Source of the DNA: a virus
Length of the DNA stretch: 37,556 nucleotides
Virus record (IMG/VR): IMGVR_UViG_3300030090_005537
Span: 1-37,556 of that record
Direction: 5' to 3' (one strand)
The notes under the pieces are model-generated. The model was not told the origin of the DNA. It was given only the letters and a program-made list of their open reading frames with translations, and did not search any database. Positions 12,835 to 23,247 of the stretch are shown here, in pieces (positions within the stretch are counted from its first letter, which is position 1; each line of letters opens with the position of its first letter). A program made the translations under genes and the position numbers.

Positions 12835-13916
12835 ATTGTTAGCGATATATCATAGACTCCATTAGCTACTTGCTCATAATTAAATGAACTTTGGTCTATT
12901 TGGCATATAGCAAATTGGTCAGGACTATTATTGTTGCCATCAGGTTGAAATATAAATGGCAAACTGCCACCTAAAGTTTTACCCATAACTACTGTCATAA
13001 AAGAATAACTGTCATAGGCATCAGTAGTAAAATCATTGTTAGCATTAATATAAGAAGAATTATCTTCTAAATCGATGCTATCAGTAGGATTATTTCTTGA
13101 TATTGATTCGTTAATAGGAAAAAGCCTCCAATCGCTTATATAGGAAAATTTTAAATCCCAAATCCTTCTACCTCTACCATATTGCCTTTTTTCTTTATAG
13201 TTGTTACCTTCCTGAGTTGATAAATTAGCCTGACCTACATACCAAGCAGGCATAGTTCCCCAATGAGGAGACCCTGTATAGTCTACTTGCGTTAGCGTAG
13301 AGCCACCTTTTGTTTGTTGTTTTTTTATTCCATCATATTCTCTCCTGATAGTTAATTTTAAATCAGGAGAATGAGGCATCTGAAATACTTGACCAAAACC
13401 TATTTTACTAAGCATAAGTTCAAAATTTGTAGTACTGTCAGTTCGCGTACTAATGCTTAATGTCCTGAAACTTTGTGCTATTGGGTCACACTCAGCCATA
13501 CTCCAACCATTTTGTTGAAAGGTTGTAGTAGAGTCCATAGGAAAATTGCATATTTCACTAAAGTCACTAGCAGTAATATTATTTACTCCTTGCTCAGCAA
13601 CATTTAGAACATTAATTATAGTATTTTTAATTTTGGAGTCATAAAAATTATGATTAAAAAACCCTAGCCAATGTTTAAAAGAAGGAATATGTGTAGCCCC
13701 TGACATCCTGTTGTCGTGGTCTAGTTTTACCCTATATTCTCTGTAGCCTGATAAATCTTGGAAACCAGCCTCGGCTGTTTCTTGAATGCTTTCAACAGGA
13801 TTCAATTCTCCCATAAGTTTAGTGTCACCATAAGTATCTTCAAAACTCCCTTGTGCCTTAAAAAAAGAAAGCATATCTATATAAAATTTTGGGTTACCTA
13901 CATTCTGCTTTGCCAT
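12819..13916 (-). CDS. distal virion protein, 365 aa (possible receptor-binding or baseplate component, by position)
   Basis: ORF track; AGGAG RBS; last gene of the late operon. Confidence 0.8.
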   Translation of the reverse strand: MAKQNVGNPKFYIDMLSFFKAQGSFEDTYGDTKLMGELNPVESIQETAEAGFQDLSGYREYRVKLDHDNRMSGATHIPSFKHWLGFFNHNFYDSKIKNTIINVLNVAEQGVNNITASDFSEICNFPMDSTTTFQQNGWSMAECDPIAQSFRTLSISTRTDSTTNFELMLSKIGFGQVFQMPHSPDLKLTIRREYDGIKKQQTKGGSTLTQVDYTGSPHWGTMPAWYVGQANLSTQEGNNYKEKRQYGRGRRIWDLKFSYISDWRLFPINESISRNNPTDSIDLEDNSSYINANNDFTTDAYDSYSFMTVVMGKTLGGSLPFIFQPDGNNNSPDQFAICQIDQSSFNYEQVANGVYDISLTIREVW

Positions 13917-13925
13917 TTAATTCTC

Positions 13926-14732
13926 CTAATATTTTTCTATCTTAGATTCTGTTGTTGTTTTAACAGGAGCTACTTTAGTTGTTGTTTGTGATGGTGCTTT
14001 TGTATCTACAGAAGGAACTTTAAATTCTTTTTTAGAAAAAGTAATTTGTTTTTTAAAATCTTTAGATTGTGCTTGAGCAGATTTAGTAAGCTTCCTTACA
14101 CTTGGAATAAATGGTTTATATTTTTTTATAATTTGCATTGCTCTTTTTTTATAATTATCTGTTTTAAAATTTACTATATTCCCTTTTCTATCTTTCATGT
14201 AAATGTCTATTGACTCTTCTGTATGAACTCCTCCTGTCATAGCTTGCCCATCTCCATGCAAGTGATACTCCCCATTATAAGGACTACCATCTATAAAATA
14301 ATATTCATTTTGCTTTGTCTGTAAATTATTTTTAACTAACGATGAATGTACAATCTGATTATCTGCCTGATGATAACTATCCAACCCTTCCCAATATTGA
14401 GTATTTTTATCAAAATCAACAGTTTGTTTTTCAAAATAATCTATATCTTCTATTATAATATTAGCTGAATATAATGTATTAAGCTCATCTACTACATGAA
14501 CTGATTTTATATTAATTGCCCCATTGTAATTAAATAAAAGTTCAGGGACAGGGTTCCCTGAATCTAAGTTAACACACATTATAGCTTTGCTTGACATTGA
14601 AGAAATCCAAGCGTCTGCAAGCTGAGACTCCATATATGCTTTGCCTGTATAATTAATTTGTATAGCAAGAACATCGTTTAAAGAACTTAAATCTATTGCA
14701 ATTTCATTTTTTCTGTGATATAATTTTATCAT
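13926..14732 (-). CDS. virion protein, 268 aa, with His/Met-rich motif YHLHGDGQAMTGGVH and a Lys/Thr-rich C-terminal tail
   Basis: ORF track; follows the tail-tip gene. Confidence 0.8.
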   Translation of the reverse strand: MIKLYHRKNEIAIDLSSLNDVLAIQINYTGKAYMESQLADAWISSMSSKAIMCVNLDSGNPVPELLFNYNGAINIKSVHVVDELNTLYSANIIIEDIDYFEKQTVDFDKNTQYWEGLDSYHQADNQIVHSSLVKNNLQTKQNEYYFIDGSPYNGEYHLHGDGQAMTGGVHTEESIDIYMKDRKGNIVNFKTDNYKKRAMQIIKKYKPFIPSVRKLTKSAQAQSKDFKKQITFSKKEFKVPSVDTKAPSQTTTKVAPVKTTTESKIEKY

Positions 14733-14748
14733 TATATATTAATTAACC

Positions 14749-17700
14749 TTATTGATTCATTATGTGTTGTACTAAACTAACTATATCCATCGCATTAAAA
14801 GATTGGTCTAAATTATAATCTGCAAGATAAGCTTGAGCAGGGCTTGTAAAGCTATTATTTCCTAATATTAGAGCTATAAAAGCTGTAATATCTAGAATAT
14901 TTAGCATGCCATCAAAATTTACATCCCCTTTTAAAGCATTTGCCCAATTTAATTGTTGTCCAAATACAGTATGAGGGTCAAGCTGTAGATTTCCTGGAAT
15001 AGGTTGTCTTGGAGTTAAGCCAAGAAAAAACTCTGCAAGACCATTGACCCCTAAAGTTGGCAGTCTCCAATATTCAGGCTGAGGTATTTGTCCTGTTGAA
15101 ATAAATTGAGCATTAAAAGATTCCATATTATGAATAGGAGTATTATATATCATAATTTTAAATATATTGTGTCCTATAAATTCAAATGGTCCATTATGAT
15201 TAGACTCAGTTACTAATCCATAATAGCAAGTTCCATCTGCATCATAATTTACTCCCCAACCTACATTAGTATGAGAATACATAATTTGCACTATTAAATT
15301 TTCATGTACAGGGTGACCATAAAAAGCACCACTTGGAACATAAAATGTTCTATCGTAAAGATTAGGTGACCAAGATACTATATCATCAATGATTATATTT
15401 TCTTCGCTAAATAAGAAAAATTCTGCATTTTCATCGGCAGCTCCTTCAGAAAACCTTTTCCCTCCATAAATTAAATTTTCTAAAACAACAGAAGGAGGGT
15501 TTTCTACATAATCATCGTAATATAAACCTTGGTCCCCATAGTGGTTACCTGTACCTTCCCCTTCTACAATAGTATCCTCAAAACTAGTATCGCCTGTATT
15601 ATAATCAAAATCTAAAAGCTTTTCATCCCATGTATTAATATCTATAGCATCTAATGTATTTAATTGAATACCTTCAATTTCAACAAAATCTAAATTTTTT
15701 CTTGCAGATGTAACAAAAAATAAAGGGTAAAATATACTTCCTGCATTTTGACTTTCTGCTAATTGAATTACTTTAGTATAATCAATTCCAAAAGCCTTTA
15801 TGCCTTGTATTAATTTATCAAACTTTATTATTTGACCTGGGTTTATATTAACATATTTTAATGGCAGTTTAATTTTGCATAGCAAGTGCTGATGTTTATA
15901 AAACCTAAACATCCTTTTCCATACTAAATCAGCAGTTGCATCGTCTTTTATATATTTAGATTCAAATGTTAATACATTATAATCTACATCAGGAGTACCA
16001 TCAAAATCTACATGAGAATTATAAAACAATTCATTAGGTTCAGGATAAAGCCCTGATTCTAATTTAGAATCATATGCTTTAGATGCATAATTATAATTAT
16101 AATTAAATTCAATTCTGCTGTAGCAATGTTCATTTTTAGTCCTGCTAAATGAATAATTAATAACATCATCTTCTTTTATTGTTATTGCATTATCTGTATT
16201 GTCATAATCATCTACTTGAGTATACAATGTTTTCATTGATGGAAAATTTAGCTTTCCTTTATTGTCAAAGTAAGGATAACATAAAGTCGACCTTGCAATA
16301 TCTTCTAATAATTTTTTGCCTTCAATTTCTTTATTTACAGAAAAATCAAATTTATAATTAAAATGAATTTCTTTAGCCTTATTATAAGAATCTTCATCTA
16401 TTTGGCTTTCATCTAACCCTAGCTCTGTAATAGCAATATTTCGCATTATTTCTATAGGATTTCGAAGAACAACTCCATTTTCAACTCTTCCATTAACATT
16501 TAAAAAAAAGTTTAATTTATCAGGCTTATACTTAACATTGCAGCAAGTTAACAAATCTACTTCATTTATCTGACCTCTTACTTTTGCATATAAATCTAAA
16601 GGTATATCATCATAGATGTCATTAGGGTTAATAAAAATGTTCATTCCAAGCATAATATCAATGGTAAGAGAATTTTGCTCGATTATAACATAAGATGTTT
16701 CATGCCTAAAAGTATTCCATTCAGCCTCACCTAAATTTCCATAAACAACGCTATCAGGGTTAATATTAGCTGAAGTTTCAAATATAATTTGATTATCACC
16801 TTCAACATTAAGCCCTGAATATTCAGATTCGCCAAAATGATTAAAGAATAAAAACAAGTCTTTAGGAGATGTATCTATATTGGAATCAGTAAATACTTGA
16901 TTAAATTGACTTCCCAAATGCATAGATGATACATTGTCATTAGTTGCCAATGCTGTAGCACCTGTAGCAATAAAACCATTGCCATCATGTGAAATGATAT
17001 AAAGTTTAGAATTATCAGATTGCGAAAGAGTGCTAGGCATTTTAGGAAATAAAAAACTATTAATGCTCATTTGTAAATTATCACTTAAAGCTGAATAATC
17101 AATCCCTAAATCAGAATCAATAGATATTTTTATTAAAGATTGATTTACATAGTGAGCAAAATATAAATAAAGATGTCCATAATTTTGATAATCAATTTCA
17201 TTCCAATAAGAGTATGGTTCAGAATTATTAAAATTCAATAAAGATGTAGGCGTATAATCATTATCACTAATAGCTTGATTCATAGCATCTTCAAATAAGT
17301 TCATTTGGCTATCCCATCCAAACTGATAAGAATCTGATAAATCATTTTGAGATGAAACATTGCTTAAATTTTCCCTTAAGTAGCATGAAATATTTTTTGA
17401 TTTAAAAGGAACAATTAACTGTAATGTTTTATGTATTCCTGCAGCACCTAAATCTGCTTGCTTTTCAGGAACAAGCTTAACTTGACCTGGGCTATCTGAA
17501 TCATAAGATGTCCATTGAGTATAATCCAAAGAATTAAAAGTAGCTATTTCAATATCTTTTAAAGACTCTAATGTTTTTATTGGAACATGTGCCATAAAAT
17601 CGTCTATGTAAACCATAACAGGAGATATGCCTTTTGCTCCCCAATCATCAAAAGATTCAAATATAGTGTCAGGTTCGTAATTTTCTGAGGTGCCAATATT

Positions 17701-18315
17701 AAGATATTCATCAACTGTAGAAGATACAAGAGATACTGAATTGTCAGAGTCTGCTTTTAATGTATTTCCACTATCTATAATAGCAGGGGCGCCTTTTAAA
17801 TGCCCATAAACGATAGGTATTATTTTATTTCTATATTTTGAAGGTACAGATTCTGAAGTAGATGTTTTAACACTAGGTATATTTTTGCTCATTTTTGATT
17901 GAGTTAAATCTTCTAAAATTATATTTACTTCAGAGTTATTATGATTAATTCTAGCAACATACCCTTTAAAAACTAATAATGAATCTTCACTAGAAGTTGC
18001 ACTTTGAGTATCAAAATAAATATTAACTTCCTCATTAATCAATGGATTAGACTTTAATATATCAGAAAATATTTCTTCTTGATATTTATAGTTAGATATT
18101 TTTAAAGTTACACTAGCTGTTTTAAAATTTCTTTTTTCATAATCTACAGATTCATTTAAATATGGAAGATTTAATAGTAATGGTTTATAATACTGATTTT
18201 CAAAAGTTATACTATGAGTTGATAAATGCATTAAGTTATCGCCAATTATCACTCTAGTAATTATAGATGTTTGTTTAGATTCAATATCGTTTTTAAATAC
18301 AGCAGGAAGTGTCAT
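14749..18315 (-). CDS. tail-tip / host-recognition protein, 1188 aa, with C-terminal dockerin-like module
   Basis: Largest ORF; start overlaps the tape-measure stop; position typical of tip/Tal/J-like proteins. Confidence 0.85.
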   Translation of the reverse strand: MTLPAVFKNDIESKQTSIITRVIIGDNLMHLSTHSITFENQYYKPLLLNLPYLNESVDYEKRNFKTASVTLKISNYKYQEEIFSDILKSNPLINEEVNIYFDTQSATSSEDSLLVFKGYVARINHNNSEVNIILEDLTQSKMSKNIPSVKTSTSESVPSKYRNKIIPIVYGHLKGAPAIIDSGNTLKADSDNSVSLVSSTVDEYLNIGTSENYEPDTIFESFDDWGAKGISPVMVYIDDFMAHVPIKTLESLKDIEIATFNSLDYTQWTSYDSDSPGQVKLVPEKQADLGAAGIHKTLQLIVPFKSKNISCYLRENLSNVSSQNDLSDSYQFGWDSQMNLFEDAMNQAISDNDYTPTSLLNFNNSEPYSYWNEIDYQNYGHLYLYFAHYVNQSLIKISIDSDLGIDYSALSDNLQMSINSFLFPKMPSTLSQSDNSKLYIISHDGNGFIATGATALATNDNVSSMHLGSQFNQVFTDSNIDTSPKDLFLFFNHFGESEYSGLNVEGDNQIIFETSANINPDSVVYGNLGEAEWNTFRHETSYVIIEQNSLTIDIMLGMNIFINPNDIYDDIPLDLYAKVRGQINEVDLLTCCNVKYKPDKLNFFLNVNGRVENGVVLRNPIEIMRNIAITELGLDESQIDEDSYNKAKEIHFNYKFDFSVNKEIEGKKLLEDIARSTLCYPYFDNKGKLNFPSMKTLYTQVDDYDNTDNAITIKEDDVINYSFSRTKNEHCYSRIEFNYNYNYASKAYDSKLESGLYPEPNELFYNSHVDFDGTPDVDYNVLTFESKYIKDDATADLVWKRMFRFYKHQHLLCKIKLPLKYVNINPGQIIKFDKLIQGIKAFGIDYTKVIQLAESQNAGSIFYPLFFVTSARKNLDFVEIEGIQLNTLDAIDINTWDEKLLDFDYNTGDTSFEDTIVEGEGTGNHYGDQGLYYDDYVENPPSVVLENLIYGGKRFSEGAADENAEFFLFSEENIIIDDIVSWSPNLYDRTFYVPSGAFYGHPVHENLIVQIMYSHTNVGWGVNYDADGTCYYGLVTESNHNGPFEFIGHNIFKIMIYNTPIHNMESFNAQFISTGQIPQPEYWRLPTLGVNGLAEFFLGLTPRQPIPGNLQLDPHTVFGQQLNWANALKGDVNFDGMLNILDITAFIALILGNNSFTSPAQAYLADYNLDQSFNAMDIVSLVQHIMNQ
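14752..14928 (-). other. dockerin-like duplicated Ca-binding segment (last 59 aa of the 1188-aa protein)
   Basis: GDVNFDGMLNILDITAFIALIL ... ADYNLDQSFNAMDIVSLVQHIM: two D-x-N-x-D-x(6)-D loops, each followed by a helix, about 22 aa each. Confidence 0.65.
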
Positions 18316-21275
18316 TATATACCTATATCCCCACCTCTACGAAGTGCTTCTTTAATTTGTGGAACAGCTTCTGTCTCTATAAAATCTTGACTTAATACAT
18401 TCCCACTAAAATTAATATTGATTGTGCCTCCTTGCTGAGGACCATTAATATTAGGACTAGAAAGAGGTGTTACTTGGACTCTTTCTCTACCTCCAGGGTT
18501 ATCCCCAACCATAATCATTTGAGGACCTTGAGTAACAAAATCTCCTCCTTGAGCAAATGCAGGAGGTTTCTGCTGTCTTACAACATTCATCTGCATTGCT
18601 GCCATAGCAGTATAGCCTGCAATAGCAATAGGAGCTGCAACTCCATAATCTTTAATTGCTGAAATAGCAGCTATAGCATTATTTATTAATATTTCTGCTA
18701 TCGCCATTCTTTGCTTTTCTTGAAACAGTTGTTTTCTGCGTGGCAATGTTTTAGCAGCAGCTTCTTTTTCTAGCCTATTCATAGCATTAGTATCATTCCT
18801 AGCAGCAGCAATTTTATATGCAGATGTTTCTTTTATTTGCTCAACATCTGTTTGCATTCTTTCTTTTTGAATTTCCATTTCTGCAGAATTTATATCTTGG
18901 CTCATTGAAAAAAATTGATTTTTAAGTTGCATTTTCAACTCATTTGTTTTTTGCTGCCTTCGTGCATTAGCATCTTCTATATCTTGAGAATCTTCATTCT
19001 TTTTGTTAAAATCTTCAAGCAAATCAAAAAGTAACATTTGACCATCAAATCTTTCTTTAACTTTATGTACTAATTCTTCATTCTCTTTCGTAAATCCCTT
19101 TGTAGCATCTGTTAATTTAATCTCACCATCTACTAATTGAAAATTAGTGCCATCTAAATCAATATTTGCTTTTAATAATTCTTCTTTAACTTTTAATTGC
19201 CTCTTATCTTCGCCATTTAATTTAGCTGTAGCTAAAATAATTTGATTTGCTAAAGACATATTTTCAGTCTCTACACTTTGTGTTCTTTTAACAGCCTGCC
19301 TATAATTTTCTTGCGCTCTTGTTTTTTCATTTATAAGATTAATATAATTAATCTCCATAGTGCTAAGGTCACTTAAATGAAGTCCCTGTTCACTTGCATA
19401 CTTTTCAACTGCACTTCCATCGTCATCTAATAATTTAAATTTCTTTTTTAAAGCTTCTATTGCTTTGTCTATTTCCTCTGTGCCTCTACCCATTTCTTCA
19501 GCAAGAGTATTTTCATTCTTTCCGAGAGTTTCTATTTCATCATTTAATTCTTTAAGCCTTTCATTTAAATCTTCATTTACATCAAGCATGTCAAGAAAGC
19601 CTTTAGTAAGACCTACCCCTGCTATTAAAGCCATACCTTTAGTTAAGGCTTTTACTGCCTTAGTCGAACCTGCAGTAACAACTTGCAAAATTGCTTGAGA
19701 TTTGCTCAATGCTGTAGTAGCATCTGCTGCTAGCTTGGTAGCTTTTGAATAAATTGCCCATACAGACACAACTGTTCCTATTGCCAATCCATAATTAGCT
19801 ATATCTTGTGGGTCTAAAGCTTTTGCTAATTTTGTAATAAATTCAACAACTTTCATTGTACCAGGAGTTATAACTCTTCCCATATCTTCCTGAAGGTCTG
19901 AAAAAGCAGAACTCATAGCTTTTATTTTTCCTTCAGTAGTATCAGCCATAGCTTCACCCATTCCACCAAACTGAGTTTCTAGCTCTCCTAATATTATCTT
20001 TTGAGCGCCTGCAATATCCCCTGCTAAGACCATTTCTTTTATCATTTTTCTTTGGTCTTCTGTAAACTGAATACCAACTCTAGATAAAGCACTCACCCCT
20101 TTGATAGGGTCATTTAAAGCTTTTCCAACTTGTACTGTGGTAGTTTTTAAAGTTTCACTAGAAACATTAGCTCCATACATAGCAGATGTAACATCAAGGA
20201 TTGCACTTTGTGCTTGTAAAAATGTCTCTGAACCAATCTTTGTAAATGTAGCAAGTAATGCAGACGAACCAATGGTTAGCTCATCACCTATGCCTGTAGC
20301 TTCTTGCATAGCTGCAGCATATTCAACAATAGTTTTTTGGCTTAACCCTGCTGCAAAATTAGTAGACCTTAATGCTTGTAGTAACTTTGCCTCTTGCTGT
20401 TCTTGAAATGCATATGCTTTAACAAGTTGAATAGCTTTTGCAGCAGTAACTCCATAAGCAAAACTAGTCATCAGTAAAACAGACCTTACTCTAGATAAAG
20501 ACATAGCATTTCTATGATTTCTAACCTCAGCAAGCTTTAAAACTCTATTATTAAGCTTTCCTGTTGTTATAGCCTCTTTAGTCAATATGTTTAATTTTGC
20601 AAGAGCTGTTGCATTGCCTCTAACTGCACGAGCAACAAGATTAGTTTTTCCTGCTATATCATTAACAGTAATTCCATATTTTTTTAAAGCAGCATTTAGC
20701 TCCATTAATTTAATTTTAGCTTTTTCTTCTATTTTTTGCTGTCTTTTTTTAGCTATTAAAAGCTGTTTTGTTTGCTGCTCTTCTTTTTTTCGCTGTGCAA
20801 TAAGTTCTTTTCTAGCTTGCTTTTCTTTTTTTGCAGCTTGATTATAATTAAACATATCAAGAGCTTCTCTTTGAGCTTGCACTTTTCTTTCATGAGCAAC
20901 TTTTTCTCTTTGCTGTCTTTGTCTTTCTAGTACGCCAAATTGAGTTCTCCAAAGAGCTATTTGTTTTTTCTGCTCATCACTTAAACCTCGTTCATTTATT
21001 TCTAAAAACTTAGCACTAGATGATAACTTCTTAAGAACAAAATCTAAATCTTCTCCTAAATCTGTTCCTGCTGTAAACTCTTTATTTAAATTTTTAAATG
21101 CTTTTTGTAATGCTTTGACAAGCTTTGCAGTACTTTTACCACCTGATATTTCTATTTCAGCTTCAGCCATTTGGTAAATATCACCATCATAATCATATGA
21201 ATCTTCATGTATTGTATCATATTGATTAGTTTCTTCATTCCATATTAAAACTATTTCATTATATATTTTAGTCAT
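18315..21275 (-). CDS. tail tape measure protein, 986 aa
   Basis: Long, helical, K/E/Q/A-rich N-terminus; hydrophobic Ala/Gly-rich central segments; position after the G/T chaperones. Confidence 0.9.
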   Translation of the reverse strand: MTKIYNEIVLIWNEETNQYDTIHEDSYDYDGDIYQMAEAEIEISGGKSTAKLVKALQKAFKNLNKEFTAGTDLGEDLDFVLKKLSSSAKFLEINERGLSDEQKKQIALWRTQFGVLERQRQQREKVAHERKVQAQREALDMFNYNQAAKKEKQARKELIAQRKKEEQQTKQLLIAKKRQQKIEEKAKIKLMELNAALKKYGITVNDIAGKTNLVARAVRGNATALAKLNILTKEAITTGKLNNRVLKLAEVRNHRNAMSLSRVRSVLLMTSFAYGVTAAKAIQLVKAYAFQEQQEAKLLQALRSTNFAAGLSQKTIVEYAAAMQEATGIGDELTIGSSALLATFTKIGSETFLQAQSAILDVTSAMYGANVSSETLKTTTVQVGKALNDPIKGVSALSRVGIQFTEDQRKMIKEMVLAGDIAGAQKIILGELETQFGGMGEAMADTTEGKIKAMSSAFSDLQEDMGRVITPGTMKVVEFITKLAKALDPQDIANYGLAIGTVVSVWAIYSKATKLAADATTALSKSQAILQVVTAGSTKAVKALTKGMALIAGVGLTKGFLDMLDVNEDLNERLKELNDEIETLGKNENTLAEEMGRGTEEIDKAIEALKKKFKLLDDDGSAVEKYASEQGLHLSDLSTMEINYINLINEKTRAQENYRQAVKRTQSVETENMSLANQIILATAKLNGEDKRQLKVKEELLKANIDLDGTNFQLVDGEIKLTDATKGFTKENEELVHKVKERFDGQMLLFDLLEDFNKKNEDSQDIEDANARRQQKTNELKMQLKNQFFSMSQDINSAEMEIQKERMQTDVEQIKETSAYKIAAARNDTNAMNRLEKEAAAKTLPRRKQLFQEKQRMAIAEILINNAIAAISAIKDYGVAAPIAIAGYTAMAAMQMNVVRQQKPPAFAQGGDFVTQGPQMIMVGDNPGGRERVQVTPLSSPNINGPQQGGTININFSGNVLSQDFIETEAVPQIKEALRRGGDIGI

Positions 21276-21648
21276 CTTTAACCTTATTCATATGTTGCTT
21301 TTGTAGCATATTGTCTCTTTTTATTAAAGCATTTTTAATAATAAAAGTTTTAGAAACCCATCGAGATGGCTGTTCTTTATAAGAGCCTTCATAAGGCTTG
21401 ATGCCAAAGTTTTTGCAATATAGATACTTAGATATATCTGATTGATATTCTTTTGATAATAATACATTTTTACAGGCAAAAAATGGAATTTGCTTAAGCA
21501 AAGAAGCCCCTATATCAAAAGATTTGCCTAATTTGTTCATTTCCTTTGCCTCTTCAATTAACTTATGTATTATTTTCCAAACATCTTCATCACTATTAAA
21601 TGATAAAGATATTCTTTTCCCATTAACAGCTATAGGAGGAGTAGCCAC
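21268..21648 (-). CDS. tail assembly chaperone T-frame (likely made as a G-T fusion)
   Basis: Track start is GTG with no RBS; this frame stays open upstream to about 21765 and overlaps the last 14 codons of the G gene in the -1 frame. Confidence 0.65.
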   Translation of the reverse strand: MATPPIAVNGKRISLSFNSDEDVWKIIHKLIEEAKEMNKLGKSFDIGASLLKQIPFFACKNVLLSKEYQSDISKYLYCKNFGIKPYEGSYKEQPSRWVSKTFIIKNALIKRDNMLQKQHMNKVKDD

Positions 21649-21722
21649 ATAAGGATACTCATGATAAACACATCCCTCACACCAATTTCCTGTTAGAATA
21701 TTTAATTCTAGTGTAAGGGACT

Positions 21723-22028
21723 CTATTCCCCCAACTGTTGATGAGCTTGTATTAAAGGAATTAATTCATTTTTTTCATCTTCTGTCAACTCTTTTAAAGC
21801 TGAATCACAAGCAAAACCATTTTCTATTTTAAATGATTTAAAATCTCCACCTTTAATCCCTCTTCTAAGCCATGCAGTTCTAGACTTAGACATTCCTACA
21901 ATGTATGGATTCCCATCAGCATCTGTTTTAAGTAATGTTGAATCATTACAAAAGTCTATATCATCTAAAGACATCTCTTTTAATTCAACTTTCCTTTTAC
22001 TTTTTAGCTCTACGATTTTTTTAGCCAT
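21723..22028 (-). CDS. tail assembly chaperone G, 101 aa
   Basis: Acidic small protein between the tube and tape-measure genes; AGGAG RBS. Confidence 0.8.
   Translation of the reverse strand: MAKKIVELKSKRKVELKEMSLDDIDFCNDSTLLKTDADGNPYIVGMSKSRTAWLRRGIKGGDFKSFKIENGFACDSALKELTEDEKNELIPLIQAHQQLGE
21728..21732 (-). other. G5 run (TTG GGG GAA TAG), candidate -1 slip site for G-T fusion
   Basis: The only homopolymer inside the 42-nt overlap where the -1 frame is open; not a canonical X XXY YYZ heptamer. Confidence 0.35.
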
Positions 22029-22051
22029 TTTAATCTCCTATTATATTATTA

Positions 22052-23047
22052 TTATGCTAGGTCAAATGCAAGTACACTTCCTGAACCATTACTAACTCCT
22101 TTTAGCTCTACATCCATCATCATTATGTCTCCATCAGCTAAAGCTACATTAGTTAAGATTCCTGTAGGCATGCTTATCGAGCAGTCAGTAGCAGAGCTTT
22201 GAGTCATTGTAAATGCTCCTGCTGTATCAACAGTCACACCTTGCTCTCCAAAGTTTTGAATTAAACCTCTAGTGTCTGCATCGTACTTAACTTGAGCTGC
22301 AGCTGTTACAGCAATCTCTTGACCTCTAGCAAAAGCTCCATATCCATTAGTGCCTGTTCCTGCATAAACTGCAGGAGAATCTATAGCTACTGAAAAACTA
22401 GACAATACACAAGTTGAAATGCTATATACGCTTGTAGCACTTAAACCATCTATGCTTATTAAAGCTCCTGTATATGCAGTTCCATCTTCATCTGCTGAAT
22501 TGTTAAGAGTTGGCTTATTCCCTGTTGATATTGTACAACTCCATTTATAAACACCACCATCTGTACCCATGTCTGCACTAAGTGTAAAATTTGTTACCAT
22601 GCACCCTGACATAATAATATTATATCCATCAACTGTATCAGGAGATGCTAAAACTAATGTGAATGTAACATCTGCTTGTGCAACTCCATACTCTCCATTA
22701 ATACCTGTAGCAGCGTAACCTAAATTTACATCTCCTGCACTTGTAGCTAAAGTATTACCTGTAACGCTTTGCATTAACTGTCTATGCCCTGCATCATTAT
22801 GGAATGTACCTGATAAAGATACTTCTGTTGTCTTGTATAAATTATCTTGAAAAAAGTCTCCTTTATCTAGAATCCTTCCTGCTTGTGTTCTTACATCTAA
22901 AACTTGATTAACATTTAAAGATGGAAAAGTAACAGAGTCTACATCTAATTGATGTAGTCCTGATGTAATAGTAGGAACAGTCCCTGGAGTTGATTCTTTT
23001 ATAATCCAAGCTTTAAAATCTTTTGGTGAAAATGCTGCATTAGCCAT
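22052..23047 (-). CDS. putative major tail (tube) protein, 331 aa
   Basis: Position immediately upstream of the chaperone pair and tape measure; Thr/Gly/Ala/Ser-rich beta-type composition. Confidence 0.7.
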   Translation of the reverse strand: MANAAFSPKDFKAWIIKESTPGTVPTITSGLHQLDVDSVTFPSLNVNQVLDVRTQAGRILDKGDFFQDNLYKTTEVSLSGTFHNDAGHRQLMQSVTGNTLATSAGDVNLGYAATGINGEYGVAQADVTFTLVLASPDTVDGYNIIMSGCMVTNFTLSADMGTDGGVYKWSCTISTGNKPTLNNSADEDGTAYTGALISIDGLSATSVYSISTCVLSSFSVAIDSPAVYAGTGTNGYGAFARGQEIAVTAAAQVKYDADTRGLIQNFGEQGVTVDTAGAFTMTQSSATDCSISMPTGILTNVALADGDIMMMDVELKGVSNGSGSVLAFDLA

Positions 23048-23238
23048 TATTTAACCTCCTTAGTTTTTGGAGAAGCTTTTACATTTCCAACTTCTTCCAC
23101 TTTATCTTTAATTATATTTGGAATTAAATCCAAATCTACTTCTTTGCCTTGGTTTAAAGCAGTCCATTTATCTCTATCTAAATAACAATAGCTATAATTC
23201 GATGTAAGCTTTTCACCATTTTTTAATTTTACCTTCAT
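23047..23238 (-). CDS. hypothetical protein, 63 aa
   Basis: ORF track; coupled start/stop with neighbours. Confidence 0.7.
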   Translation of the reverse strand: MKVKLKNGEKLTSNYSYCYLDRDKWTALNQGKEVDLDLIPNIIKDKVEEVGNVKASPKTKEVK

Positions 23239-23247
23239 AATACTCCT

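Noticed and set aside
21769-21775. A AAA AAT heptamer (A7 on the minus strand) in the G chaperone gene as the frameshift site
   Set aside because: A -1 shift there runs immediately into a TGA in the new frame, so it cannot produce a G-T fusion.
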